A stretch of DNA of 64,000 nt, from NCBI GenBank assembly GCA_964387615.1, contig CAYLXT010000001.1:1516-65515 (forward strand). The letters run 5' to 3'. This document shows positions 9,749 through 19,507 of this stretch, piece after piece. How positions within the stretch are numbered: the stretch's first letter is position 1; every line of letters starts with the position of its first letter. The translations under genes were made by a program, and so were the position numbers. The notes under the pieces are model-generated. The model was given only the letters and a program-made list of their open reading frames with translations, was not told where the DNA came from and did no database searches. The stretch comes from an uncultured Ruminococcus sp. (GTDB lineage: Bacteria; Bacillota; Clostridia; Oscillospirales; Acutalibacteraceae).

Positions 9749-10295
9749 CGTCAGTCACATCCTTTGTGTAGACAGTTACCAGAGTTTTGCCATAGCGGTA
9801 GACCTTTGTGACTTTGAAACTGTCAATCTTTTCGGGCAACCTAAGTTCGCTTGGATGCTCACAAAAAATTTTGCCGTAATCACTCATAAGAGGAATAACC
9901 TTTGAAACTGCATCTTCAAGTATTCCTGCCTGATAGGGTGGGTCAAGAAAGGCAATATCAAATTTTTGATTTGAGCGCAAAGCGTATGTTGCGTAGTCGC
10001 TTTTATGTACCGTAGCCTTGTCCGCAAGACCTGTATTATCAAGATTTTGTTTAACGGCTTTAAGCGAAGCGTCGTTGCAATCTACAAACGTAGCGCACCC
10101 TGCGCCGCGGCTCAGTGCCTCAATACCAAGCTGACCACTGCCCGCAAACAAATCAAGTACACGTCTGCCTTCTATGTCAAACTGAATTGAACTGAAAAGC
10201 GCCTCTTTAACCTTTTCGCCGGTAGGACGCACAATATCATTACCTGAAACGGTAACTAACCGTTTACCACGGGCGATACCTGTAATAACACGCAT
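9741..10295 (-). CDS. rsmD: 16S rRNA (guanine966-N2)-methyltransferase RsmD
   Basis: MRVITGIARGKRL...RPTGEKVKEALF...LDLFAGSG...DPPY. The start is taken at the ATG at 10295, which is preceded by GAGG. Confidence 0.9.
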   Translation of the reverse strand: MRVITGIARGKRLVTVSGNDIVRPTGEKVKEALFSSIQFDIEGRRVLDLFAGSGQLGIEALSRGAGCATFVDCNDASLKAVKQNLDNTGLADKATVHKSDYATYALRSNQKFDIAFLDPPYQAGILEDAVSKVIPLMSDYGKIFCEHPSELRLPEKIDSFKVTKVYRYGKTLVTVYTKDVTDDE

Positions 10296-10477
10296 TAAAG
10301 AAACCTCACAGCCTTTGCACATAAAATACCAAGCATATTATCGCATTAAATGGGGTGTTTTGTCAACAGTTAATTTTAAAATTATATTGTTTTTTATCCA
10401 TAAATATGTATAATTAGTATGTAATGCAACCTTTTCTTGCTATGGAAAGTATTATTAATGAAAGGGGCGTATAACTA

Positions 10478-10882
10478 ATGAAAAAATTAATTTGTTTGAT
10501 TTTATCATCGTTTTTAATATTTTTGCTTTGTGGGTGTGATGATAATGATACCGAAAGTAACGTTTTTAGCCAAGAGGTTACCATAGTTACATTGCCGTCA
10601 CCGCCAAAATGTAAAACAAGCGATGATATTTCTGACGTGAACAAAATTATTGACATATTGGGATTAATTGAAAAATCACCTGCTGCTTCTGAAAAAGTTA
10701 ACGGTTGGCAGTATATGATAATTATTAACGTGGATGGGCAAAAACTGAATTATACTATCAGCAGTGCTGTTTTTACCGACAGTGACGGTAAGCAGTATCG
10801 TATTGAAAACTTCGAGAAAATTGAAGAAAAAATAATGGAATTATATAACGAGATCAGTGCACCGGAGACCGATTATCAATAA
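10478..10882 (+). CDS. predicted lipoprotein, unknown function
   Basis: Signal peptide with lipobox (FLIFLLCGC). No recognisable domain. Confidence 0.6.
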   Translation: MKKLICLILSSFLIFLLCGCDDNDTESNVFSQEVTIVTLPSPPKCKTSDDISDVNKIIDILGLIEKSPAASEKVNGWQYMIIINVDGQKLNYTISSAVFTDSDGKQYRIENFEKIEEKIMELYNEISAPETDYQ

Positions 10883-10906
10883 AAAATTATTTTTATAAAA
10901 AAATGC

Positions 10907-10935
10907 TTGATTTTTGTAAAGACTTGTGGTAATAT
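10907..10935 (+). promoter_or_regulatory. sigma-A type promoter for rplS
   Basis: TTGATT, a 17-nt spacer and TAATAT, with an extended -10 TGg. Confidence 0.5.
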
Positions 10936-10941
10936 ATTTGA

Positions 10942-11059
10942 GCATTTGATTTCACCTTGCCTTAAAAGGTGGGTTTGATGCCGAAAAATCGACATTGAAG
11001 CGGATGGTCCTCTGACAAAAATTGTTTATGAACGTCTGAAAAAATTTAAGGAGGAAAAT
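10942..11059 (+). promoter_or_regulatory. structured 5' leader of rplS (possible L19-leader-type autoregulatory element)
   Basis: A roughly 120-nt untranslated leader containing the CACCTT-GCCTTAA-AAGGTG hairpin. Firmicute rplS genes are known to carry an L19 leader. Similarity to that leader was not verifiable by eye. Confidence 0.3.
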
Positions 11060-11062
11060 TTG

Positions 11063-11407
11063 ATGGATGCTGTTAAAGAATTAGTTGCTTCTCAGCTTAA
11101 GGCAGACGCTCCCGAGATTTTAATCGGTAGCACTGTTAAGGTTCACGTAAGAATCAAAGAAGGCGAGAAGGAAAGAATCCAGATCTTCGAAGGTACTGTT
11201 ATTGCTAAAAACAACAGCGGTATTTCAGAAACCTTTACAGTTCGCCGTGTATCTTACGGTGTTGGCGTTGAACGTGTATTCCCCGTTCACTCACCAATCG
11301 TAGCTAAGGTTGAGCTTGTAAGAAAAGGTAAGATTCGTCGTGCAAAACTTTACTATCTGCGTGATCGCGTTGGTAAGGCAGCAAAGGTTAAGGAACTTAT
11401 CGGTTAA
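11063..11407 (+). CDS. rplS: 50S ribosomal protein L19
   Basis: AAGGAGG lies 8 nt upstream. The product contains [45 protein letters not shown] at 11060 is an alternative start. Confidence 0.97.
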   Translation: MDAVKELVASQLKADAPEILIGSTVKVHVRIKEGEKERIQIFEGTVIAKNNSGISETFTVRRVSYGVGVERVFPVHSPIVAKVELVRKGKIRRAKLYYLRDRVGKAAKVKELIG

Positions 11408-11423
11408 TCTGACTTTAATGAGT

Positions 11424-11456
11424 GGGGGACGGGGCGAAGGCCTTGTCCCCTTTGCT
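11424..11456 (+). terminator. intrinsic terminator or attenuator after rplS
   Basis: GGGGAC-loop-GTCCCC stem followed by TTTGCTGT. Confidence 0.55.
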
Positions 11457-11473
11457 GTATTATTTTATTCTGA

Positions 11474-12142
11474 ATGGTGGTGTTTTTGATGAGCGATATG
11501 AATAGCGAAAAGGATATTAATGTTGAAGAGAATATTGAGGCGGAAATTGAGCCGAAAGAAATAGCAAAAGATGAAAACGATGTATCGGTTAAAGCCTTTA
11601 TATTTGATTGGCTTGAGGTTTTGGTACACGCCATTATCGCTGTTGTTATCTGTTTCAGTTTTTTATTCCGTATTGCCACCATTGACGGTCCTTCTATGGA
11701 AAATACACTTTTAAATGGCGAAAGGGTAATCATCAGCAATTTATTTTATGAACCAAAGGTTGGCGATATTGTTGTTATTTCCCGTAATAAAGAAAACAGT
11801 GTTTATACTATGAACGATAGCAATACTCCTATTATCAAGAGGATAATTGCTATGGAAGGCCAGACGGTTGATATTGATTTTGAAGAGGGTATTGTTTATG
11901 TAGACGGTATCGCTCTTGATGAGCCTTATACCAAGACCCCAACCAATAGAAAATGGGATATTGAATTTCCGGTAACTGTAGACGAAGGTTGTGTTTTTGT
12001 GTTGGGCGATAACCGTAATGATTCTCTTGATAGCCGCGATGCGCGTATTGGTGAGTACGGTATGATAGACACCCGTTATATTTTAGGTCATGCAGTTTAT
12101 AGAATATTCCCGCTTAACAGGATAGGTAAATTAGATGAGTAA
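11474..12142 (+). CDS. lepB: signal peptidase I
   Basis: GPSMENTL (catalytic Ser box), KRIIAMEG and GDNRNDSLDSR boxes. The ATG at 11489, after GGTGG, is an alternative start. Confidence 0.92.
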   Translation: MVVFLMSDMNSEKDINVEENIEAEIEPKEIAKDENDVSVKAFIFDWLEVLVHAIIAVVICFSFLFRIATIDGPSMENTLLNGERVIISNLFYEPKVGDIVVISRNKENSVYTMNDSNTPIIKRIIAMEGQTVDIDFEEGIVYVDGIALDEPYTKTPTNRKWDIEFPVTVDEGCVFVLGDNRNDSLDSRDARIGEYGMIDTRYILGHAVYRIFPLNRIGKLDE

Positions 12143-12995
12143 TAATACGCAAACAATTCAGTGGTTTCCGGGCCATATGGCAAAAACACGCCGCAAAATT
12201 TCCGAACAGCTAAAGCTTATTGATGCAGTTGCTGAGATAGTTGACGCGCGTGTGCCAATGAGCAGCCGTAACCCTGAACTAAAAGAAATAATTGGCGATA
12301 AGCCGCATCTGATATTGCTTAATAAATGTGATATGGCGGATGAGAGCGCCACAAAAAAATGGATTGAATACTTTAAGTCCCAAGGCATTTATGCAATACC
12401 TGTTGACTGCAAGAACGGGAAGGGTATAAACGCTTTTAAAGACACGGTAAAAACAGTTTTGTCAGATAAACTCGTAGCTTACCGTAAAAAAGGGATGGTT
12501 GGCAAACCGCTTCGCGTAATGGTTGTTGGTATTCCTAATGTTGGTAAATCATCGTTTATAAATCGTATTGCCGGTGGTGGTAGAGCAAAGGTAGAAAATC
12601 GTCCCGGTGTTACGCGTGGAAATCAATGGTTTACAATTGATAAAGAGCTTGAACTGCTTGATACTCCGGGCGTTTTGTGGCCTAAGTTTGATGATAATAC
12701 CGTTGGTGAGCACCTGGCGTTTACGGGTGCTGTAACCGACCGGATTATTGATATTGAGTTACTCGCAATGCGATTGCTTGAGATCTTGATACCGTTGTAT
12801 CCTGAGCTTTTAGAAGCGAGATATAAAATATCCGAATTCCCGGAGGACAGTTATGATTCTCTTTGCCTTTTGGGTAAAAAACGGGGTATGGTGATTCGCG
12901 GTGGCGAGACCGATACCGAGCGCGCAGCTGCGATGTTACTTGAAGAATTTCGCAGTTGTAAGATTGGTAAAATTACGCTTGAAAGGGTTGAATAA
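12135..12995 (+). CDS. rbgA: ribosome biogenesis GTPase A (YlqF)
   Basis: IQWFPGHMAKTRR with circularly permuted GTPase motifs (NKCD ... GIPNVGKSS ... DTPG). Confidence 0.95.
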   Translation: MSNNTQTIQWFPGHMAKTRRKISEQLKLIDAVAEIVDARVPMSSRNPELKEIIGDKPHLILLNKCDMADESATKKWIEYFKSQGIYAIPVDCKNGKGINAFKDTVKTVLSDKLVAYRKKGMVGKPLRVMVVGIPNVGKSSFINRIAGGGRAKVENRPGVTRGNQWFTIDKELELLDTPGVLWPKFDDNTVGEHLAFTGAVTDRIIDIELLAMRLLEILIPLYPELLEARYKISEFPEDSYDSLCLLGKKRGMVIRGGETDTERAAAMLLEEFRSCKIGKITLERVE

Positions 12996-12997
12996 AG

Positions 12998-13600
12998 GTG
13001 CCCGATTTTTCTTTTGAAAATGTTGCCCGAAACAACGGATACAAATTTGTTTGCGGTGTTGATGAAGCAGGTCGCGGTCCGCTTGCGGGTCCTGTTTGCG
13101 CTGCGGCTGTTATTTTACCTGTGAACTGCGAAATAGAGGGTCTTAACGACTCTAAAAAAATCAGCGAAAAAAAGCGCGAGGCACTTTTTGATATTATAAA
13201 AGAAAAGGCGATTGCCTATAGTATTGCCTTTGGTTCTTTAGAAGAAATTGAAGAATATAATATTTTAGAAGCTACATATATTGCTATGAATCGTGCAATT
13301 GAAGGTTTAGAAACCAAGGCGGACTTTGCTCTGATAGACGGCAATTGTGTACCAAAAGGAATAACGATTCCTTGCGAAACGGTTGTTAAAGGCGATTCAA
13401 AATCGTGTTCTATTGCCGCGGCATCAATTCTTGCTAAGGTAACCCGTGACCGTCTTATGTTAGAATATGATAAAATGTATCCCGAATATCTTTTTGCACA
13501 GCACAAAGGCTATGGCACCAAAGCGCATTACGAAGCCATAAAACAGCACGGTGTATGCGAAATTCACCGTCTGTCATTTTTGAAAAATGTACTCGGGTAA
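12998..13600 (+). CDS. rnhB: ribonuclease HII
   Basis: GTG start. The product contains GVDEAGRGPLAGPV, SKKISEKKRE and DSK...AASILAK motifs. Confidence 0.95.
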   Translation: MPDFSFENVARNNGYKFVCGVDEAGRGPLAGPVCAAAVILPVNCEIEGLNDSKKISEKKREALFDIIKEKAIAYSIAFGSLEEIEEYNILEATYIAMNRAIEGLETKADFALIDGNCVPKGITIPCETVVKGDSKSCSIAAASILAKVTRDRLMLEYDKMYPEYLFAQHKGYGTKAHYEAIKQHGVCEIHRLSFLKNVLG

Positions 13601-13967
13601 TGAGCGTTCCGCTTTAGTGGGTAAAGCGGGTGAGGATTTTGTGTCGCAGTATTTAAAATCAAAAGGATACATAATACTTAAGCGAAATTGGCGTGACAGT
13701 CGTTACGGTGAGCTTGATATTGTTGCCGAAAATCAAGAGTGTATTGCTTTTGTAGAGGTTAAAACAAGGCAAAAAAACTCTCTTGTGAGCGGTTTGGAGG
13801 CGGTTGATACAGGCAAGCAAAACCGCACAAAAAACGCTTCGCAAACTTTTATGCGTAGGCTTCGTACCAATCTGCCACCACGACTTGACGTTGCCGAGGT
13901 AACTGTCGTTTCCGAAAAAGATGGTCAATTTGAGTTTGAAATTAACTATATAGAAAATGCATTTTAG
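13587..13967 (+). CDS. yraN: YraN family (UPF0102) endonuclease-like protein
   Basis: GELDIVA...IAFVEVKTR, a PD-(D/E)xK-like signature. It holds the conserved position after rnhB. Confidence 0.88.
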   Translation: MYSGNERSALVGKAGEDFVSQYLKSKGYIILKRNWRDSRYGELDIVAENQECIAFVEVKTRQKNSLVSGLEAVDTGKQNRTKNASQTFMRRLRTNLPPRLDVAEVTVVSEKDGQFEFEINYIENAF

Positions 13968-13975
13968 GTGATTTT

Positions 13976-14836
13976 TTGAAGTTTTTTGATTTACATTGTG
14001 ATACTGCATATAGATGCTACCAGGATAATATAAGTTTTGATAACTGTGGCCTAGCGGTTACACCCAAAAAGGCGAGTTGCTTTGATGAGTGGCATCAATG
14101 TTTTGCTGTTTTTATTAAAGATGGCACTAATAATCCGTTTGATTTTTATAAGAACACCCTTAATAATTTTAAAAATCAATTAAAAAATGCACCTGAAAAT
14201 CTTACACCGATATTTACCGTTGAAGGTGGACTTTTAATAGAAGATGACCTTGACCGTATTGAGCAAATGTACAATGATGGCATAAAGGCTTTGACACTTA
14301 CCTGGAACGGAGAAAACCAAATAGCAGGCGGTGCGGATACAGATGTTGGTCTTAAAAACTTTGGTATGGATGTAATAAATGAACTCAACCGATTTAATAT
14401 TATGGTTGATTTATCGCATCTTAATAAAAAAAGTTTTTACGGTGCTATTGAAATTGCACAAAAGCCGATTATTACACATTCTTGTCTTGAGTTTGTTAAT
14501 AACCACAAGAGAAATATTGACGACAACCAACTTAAACTACTCGTGCAAAAAGGCGGTATTTTTGGTTTATGTTTTTACCCTGCGTTTTTGGGTAAGGGTG
14601 ATGTTTTTGAAAATATATACACAAACATTTTTCATATTCTTGATAATGGTTATGAAGATTATTTATGCATTGGATCTGATTTTGACGGTGCCGATATGAG
14701 CGATAAGCTTTACGATGTCTCGGCAGTTCCAACGTTGTACGAATATTTAAAATCACAAAAAATAGATGAAAATATTTTAAATAAAATTTTCTTTGAAAAT
14801 GCATATAACTTTTTTTACAAGGGGAAAACAAAATGA
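13976..14836 (+). CDS. membrane dipeptidase (peptidase M19) family protein
   Basis: TTG start after AGGTG. The product contains FDLHCDT, VDLSHL and GSDFDG motifs. Confidence 0.8.
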   Translation: MKFFDLHCDTAYRCYQDNISFDNCGLAVTPKKASCFDEWHQCFAVFIKDGTNNPFDFYKNTLNNFKNQLKNAPENLTPIFTVEGGLLIEDDLDRIEQMYNDGIKALTLTWNGENQIAGGADTDVGLKNFGMDVINELNRFNIMVDLSHLNKKSFYGAIEIAQKPIITHSCLEFVNNHKRNIDDNQLKLLVQKGGIFGLCFYPAFLGKGDVFENIYTNIFHILDNGYEDYLCIGSDFDGADMSDKLYDVSAVPTLYEYLKSQKIDENILNKIFFENAYNFFYKGKTK

Positions 14837-16320
14837 ATTATGTAAGTACAAGAAATAACGCTGTAAAGGTTTCTTCAGCTTTTGCAATAGCGCATGGTAT
14901 ATCGCTTGAGGGCGGACTTTATGTACCCGAAAACATACCACAGTTGAGTCACGATGATTTTGCAAAACTTACCGAACTCAATTACAAAGGTAAAGCTGAA
15001 TACATTTTAAAGAAATATCTTACCGATTTTACTGATGAAGAAATTTCCGCTTGTGTAAACGGCGCATATACAGGTTCTTTTGATGACGAAAAGCCAGCGG
15101 CTATTGCTCAGCTTGGCAGTAATATAAACATTCTTGAATTATGGCACGGACCTACCTGCGCATTTAAGGATTTGGCTTTGCAACTTTTACCTTATTTGCT
15201 TACAACATCTACAAAAAAGATTTCTGACGGCAAAAAAACTGTCATTTTAGTTGCTACTTCGGGCGATACCGGCAAGGCCGCGCTTGAAGGCTTTAAGGAT
15301 GTAGAAAATACCGAAATTATCGTGTTCTATCCAAGCGAAGGTGTAAGCCCTATGCAAAAACTGCAGATGGATTCTCAAAAGGGTAACAATGTTCACGTTT
15401 GCGCAATAAAGGGTAATTTTGACGATGCTCAATCGGGTGTTAAAAAAATTTTTACCGACGATTCTATTAAGGCGACTCTCGCGGACAACGGTATGGAGTT
15501 TTCCTCGGCAAACTCTATCAACTGGGGTAGACTTGTGCCGCAGATTATCTATTATATTTCAGCTTATTGCGATATGTTGAATAAAGGCGATGACCTTTCA
15601 AACGGATTTAATATTGTTGTTCCTACGGGAAATTTCGGTAATATTTTGGCGGCGTACTATGCCAAAGAAATGGGTGTTCCTGTAAACAAACTTATTTGCG
15701 CATCTAACGCAAATAAAGTTCTTACCGATTTTATAAATACCGGTGTTTATGACAGAAACCGCGATTTTTATACCACTATGTCACCGTCAATGGATATACT
15801 CATTTCGAGCAATCTTGAACGTATGCTTTATATACTTGCCGACGGCGATGACAAGTATGTTGCACAACTTCAGTCACAGCTTGCAAGCAACGGTAAATTT
15901 ACTGTTGATGATGTCATTCTTTCAAAATTGCAAAACATTTTCTACGGTGCTTGTTGTGACGATAGCGGCACGCTTGAAACCATTAAAAAGACCTTTGATG
16001 AATACGGATATCTTTGTGATACGCACACTGCGGTTGCTGTAAATGCTTATGAGCAATATTTGGCAAATACAGAAGACAATCGTCCTGTTCTAATTGCATC
16101 TACAGCATCACCTTACAAGTTTGCTAAGAGCGTTTTATCTGCGTTAACCGATAATATACCCGAAAGTGAATTTGATACTGTAGAAGCATTATCAAATCTT
16201 ACACACACACAAGTTCCAATTCCTATTGCAGAACTTAAAAATGCCACTGCAAGATTTAAAGATATTTACGAAAAACAGGATATGTACTCGGCTGTTTGTA
16301 AGTGCTTAAAAATTGACTAA
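14833..16320 (+). CDS. thrC: threonine synthase (long form)
   Basis: MNYVSTRN...GGLYVPE...GPTCAFKDLALQ (PLP lysine)...ATSGDTGKAA. Confidence 0.95.
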   Translation: MNYVSTRNNAVKVSSAFAIAHGISLEGGLYVPENIPQLSHDDFAKLTELNYKGKAEYILKKYLTDFTDEEISACVNGAYTGSFDDEKPAAIAQLGSNINILELWHGPTCAFKDLALQLLPYLLTTSTKKISDGKKTVILVATSGDTGKAALEGFKDVENTEIIVFYPSEGVSPMQKLQMDSQKGNNVHVCAIKGNFDDAQSGVKKIFTDDSIKATLADNGMEFSSANSINWGRLVPQIIYYISAYCDMLNKGDDLSNGFNIVVPTGNFGNILAAYYAKEMGVPVNKLICASNANKVLTDFINTGVYDRNRDFYTTMSPSMDILISSNLERMLYILADGDDKYVAQLQSQLASNGKFTVDDVILSKLQNIFYGACCDDSGTLETIKKTFDEYGYLCDTHTAVAVNAYEQYLANTEDNRPVLIASTASPYKFAKSVLSALTDNIPESEFDTVEALSNLTHTQVPIPIAELKNATARFKDIYEKQDMYSAVCKCLKID

Positions 16321-16323
16321 AAA

Positions 16324-16358
16324 AACAATATCCGACTCGCTTTGAGTCGGATATTGTT
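16324..16358. terminator. hairpin terminator between convergent thrC and the DUF1540 gene
   Basis: AACAATATCCGACTC-GCTTT-GAGTCGGATATTGTT. The U-run is clear for the minus-strand transcript and weaker for the plus strand. Confidence 0.65.
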
Positions 16359-16365
16359 GCAAAAC

Positions 16366-16533
16366 TTACTGTCTTGACTTAAACGTGTCGCAACAGGTTT
16401 CGCTGCAGGTGCTGGCGGTGCGGTTACCTACCTGAATGTTGCCTGCAGAGCAGGAGTCGTTTTCGGTGTGATGAACGCAGTTTTTAACACTGCATTTAAT
16501 GCAGGTTTCGGTTTTACAACTTGACATATCCAT
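16366..16533 (-). CDS. DUF1540-like small cysteine-rich protein (55 aa; below the ORF-track cutoff)
   Basis: Hand translation of the minus strand gives MDMSSCKTETCIKCSVKNCVHHTENDSCSAGNIQVGNRTASTCSETCCDTFKSRQ*. AGGAAG lies 7 nt upstream of the ATG, and the terminator follows directly. Confidence 0.7.
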   Translation of the reverse strand: MDMSSCKTETCIKCSVKNCVHHTENDSCSAGNIQVGNRTASTCSETCCDTFKSRQ

Positions 16534-16618
16534 AATTAATTCTTCCTTTCTTGGCTTTAGCCAATTTTATTATTTGTAACTTTTTAATTTTTATACAAAG
16601 GCAGGTGAAGCATCAATA

Positions 16619-17326
16619 ATGAATTTATTTACAATTTCGGATTTGCATTTGCCACTTGGTGTAAATAAACCAATGGACATTTTTGGCGGTTGGGATAATT
16701 ATGTCGAGCGTATTCAAAAAAATTGGAAAAAATTAGTTAATAACGAAGATACGGTGGTTATAGGCGGAGATATTTCCTGGGCAAGTTCACTGTCTGAAGC
16801 AAAAGCGGATTTTGAATTTATAAATTGTTTGCCTGGTAAAAAAATAATTCTAAAGGGTAATCATGATTATTGGTGGAGCACCGCGAACAAAATAAAAGAA
16901 TTTTTAATTGAAAATTCTTTTGATACAATAAAAATTCTACATAACAACTGCTATATTGACGGCAGTATTGCTATCTGCGGTACTCGCGGCTGGATTTATG
17001 ACGGTACGGGAGAACGTGACCAGAAGGTTATTTTACGTGAGGCAGGTAGGCTTGAAACATCAATAAAACTGGGATTAGAGTCAGGGACTACACCTATAGT
17101 TTTTTTGCATTATCCGCCTGTATACGGCGAATACACCTGTGAAGAAATAATTAATGTTTTGCATAAATACGATATAAAGCAGGTGTTTTATGGTCACATA
17201 CATGGTAAGGGCATTTATAATATAGTTAATGAATATGAAGGGATTAAACTAAAACTTACAGCGTGTGACGGTGTGGATTTCACACCGGTTTATATAACAA
17301 AGTGCGAAAAGTTTGAAAAAATTTAA
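16619..17326 (+). CDS. metallophosphoesterase (calcineurin-like)
   Basis: ISDLHL, GGDISW, GNHDYWW and GHIHG metal-binding motifs. Confidence 0.85.
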   Translation: MNLFTISDLHLPLGVNKPMDIFGGWDNYVERIQKNWKKLVNNEDTVVIGGDISWASSLSEAKADFEFINCLPGKKIILKGNHDYWWSTANKIKEFLIENSFDTIKILHNNCYIDGSIAICGTRGWIYDGTGERDQKVILREAGRLETSIKLGLESGTTPIVFLHYPPVYGEYTCEEIINVLHKYDIKQVFYGHIHGKGIYNIVNEYEGIKLKLTACDGVDFTPVYITKCEKFEKI

Positions 17327-17368
17327 AAATATTTATGCGTTTTCGTGTAAATATGTCAGTAAAAAGCC

Positions 17369-17396
17369 TTGCTTTTTTTAAAAATTATGGTATAAT
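17369..17396 (+). promoter_or_regulatory. sigma-A type promoter for tig
   Basis: TTGCTT, a 16-nt spacer and TATAAT, with an extended -10 TGg. Confidence 0.5.
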
Positions 17397-17446
17397 CATC
17401 TTAATTTATTATGGAGTTGTATGGCTCTGTGCGGAGGTAAATAAAA

Positions 17447-18787
17447 ATGACTTTAAAAGAAACAAAACAGCTTGAAACAAATCGCTATCAGCTTGAAATT
17501 GTTATTGACGGTGAGCAGTTCCGTGAAGCAATTAAACAGGCTTACCGTAAAGAGAGCAAAAAGATTAATGTTCCCGGTTTCAGAAAGGGTAAAGCACCCC
17601 TTCATATAATCGAAACTTACTACGGTAGCGAGGTTTTCTTTGAAGATGCATTGAATCTTCTTTATGCAGATGCAGTTGAGGCTGCGATTAATGAATCAGG
17701 TCTTAAGGTAATTGATGATAAAATGGATTTTGATCTTGTATCAATTTCTAAAGAAGACGGCGTTGATTTCAAGGTGAGCGTTACAACCTATCCTGAAATC
17801 GAACTTGCCGAATACAAGGGTCTTAAGGCTGAGCGCCCTCTCGTAAAAGTTGAGGCCGCCGAAGTAAATGCAGAGATTAAGTCTTTGCAAGAGCGTAACG
17901 CTCGTATGGTATCCGTTGAAGACAGAGCAGCTAAAAAAGGCGATACTGTTGTAATTGACTTTGAAGGCTTTCAGGACGGAGTCGCTTTTGAAGGCGGCAA
18001 GGCAGAGGGTCACTCTTTAGAACTCGGTTCCGGTCAGTTTATTCCTGGCTTTGAGGATCAGATTATTGGCAAAAACATTGATGAAGAATTTGATGTTAAT
18101 GTTACTTTTCCTGAAGAATATGGCGCAGAAAACCTTGCAGGCAAGCCCGCTGTATTTAAGGTAAAACTCCATGAAATCAAGCTTCGCGAGCTTCCCACAG
18201 TAGATGATGAATTTGCTAAGGACGTAAGCGAATTTGATACACTCAAAGAACTTAAGACCGACATTAAGAAAAAGGCGATGGAACGCAAGAAAAAGGCTGC
18301 CGAAGAAGCAGTTGAAAACATTCTTGTTCAGCAAATTGTTGACGGTATCAAGGGTGAAATTCCTGAGGCAATGTTTACAAATCGTCTTAATCAGTCGGTT
18401 GAAGAGTTTGGCTACCGTTTGCAGTCACAGGGTATGAGTCTTGATTTATATCTGCAGTACACAGGTAGCACTATTGAGCAGTTCCGTGAAACATTCCGTC
18501 CACAAGCTGAAATGCAAGTTAAATATCGTCTTGCTCTTGAAAAGATTGTTGAGCTTGAAGGTATAAAAGCTGATGATGAGGCGGTTGAAGCGGAATATGC
18601 TAAAATCGCTGAAGGTTACGGTGTAGATGTTGAACAGGTTAAGGCTGTTATTCCTGCAACAGAAGTTGAAAAGGACGTAGCAGTAGGAAAGGCTATTGAC
18701 TTTGTAAAGGCTAACGCTGTAATAACCGATGCGGTTGATGAGAAAAAAGAGGCTAAGAAAGCCGCAGAAGAGAAAACAGAGGAATAA
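17447..18787 (+). CDS. tig: trigger factor
   Basis: GFRKGKAP ribosome-binding motif and a central FKBP domain (FEGFQDGVAFEGG...FIPGFEDQ). It sits upstream of clpP-clpX. Confidence 0.96.
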   Translation: MTLKETKQLETNRYQLEIVIDGEQFREAIKQAYRKESKKINVPGFRKGKAPLHIIETYYGSEVFFEDALNLLYADAVEAAINESGLKVIDDKMDFDLVSISKEDGVDFKVSVTTYPEIELAEYKGLKAERPLVKVEAAEVNAEIKSLQERNARMVSVEDRAAKKGDTVVIDFEGFQDGVAFEGGKAEGHSLELGSGQFIPGFEDQIIGKNIDEEFDVNVTFPEEYGAENLAGKPAVFKVKLHEIKLRELPTVDDEFAKDVSEFDTLKELKTDIKKKAMERKKKAAEEAVENILVQQIVDGIKGEIPEAMFTNRLNQSVEEFGYRLQSQGMSLDLYLQYTGSTIEQFRETFRPQAEMQVKYRLALEKIVELEGIKADDEAVEAEYAKIAEGYGVDVEQVKAVIPATEVEKDVAVGKAIDFVKANAVITDAVDEKKEAKKAAEEKTEE

Positions 18788-18907
18788 TCTGTTTATAATT
18801 TGATTTTTTAGTTCATAATATTTATTATTGCGGGTCGGAATAGTGCTATTGCGCTATTCCGACGAGCAATCTTAAAATGCATATTATTACTCAGGAGGTA
18901 TTTTACT

Positions 18908-19495
18908 GTGGATATGACATTAATTCCTTATGTAGTTGAACAAACAAGCCGTGGCGAGCGTTCTTATGATATATTCTCTCGTTTGCTCAATGATAGAATT
19001 ATTATGTTAAACGGTCAGGTTGACGACGCATCTGCCAGCGTAATTATTGCGCAACTTTTGTTCCTTGAGGGTCAGGATCCTGATAAGGATATCAGTTTTT
19101 ATATCAATAGCCCGGGTGGTTCTGTATCTGCGGGTCTTGCGATTTACGATACAATGCAGTACATTAAATGCGATGTTAGCACTATCTGTATGGGTATGGC
19201 TGCATCTATGGGAGCATTTTTGCTTTCTTCGGGCGCTAAAGGCAAGCGTTATGCTCTTCCTAACAGCGAAATTATGATTCATCAGCCATTAGGCGGTGCT
19301 CAGGGTCAGGCAAGTGACATTATTATTCATGCTGACCACATTAAGCGTACTCGTAGTAATCTTAATAGAATTTTATCTGAAAACACGGGTAAACCTATTG
19401 AAGAAATTGAGCGAGATACCGAGCGCGATAATTTTATGACAGCTGCAGAGGCCGCAGAGTACGGCCTTATTGATAAGGTTATTACTAAAAGATAA
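18908..19495 (+). CDS. clpP: ATP-dependent Clp protease proteolytic subunit
   Basis: GTG start 9 nt after GGAGG. The product contains [11 protein letters not shown]...INSPGGSV...[11 protein letters not shown]...IMIHQP. Confidence 0.97.
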   Translation: MDMTLIPYVVEQTSRGERSYDIFSRLLNDRIIMLNGQVDDASASVIIAQLLFLEGQDPDKDISFYINSPGGSVSAGLAIYDTMQYIKCDVSTICMGMAASMGAFLLSSGAKGKRYALPNSEIMIHQPLGGAQGQASDIIIHADHIKRTRSNLNRILSENTGKPIEEIERDTERDNFMTAAEAAEYGLIDKVITKR

Positions 19496-19507
19496 GAGGT
19501 ATAACGA

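Noticed and set aside
18788-18907. CtsR operator upstream of clpP
   Set aside because: No GGTCAAA-type tandem heptad is found. Only the palindrome reported in the findings is present.
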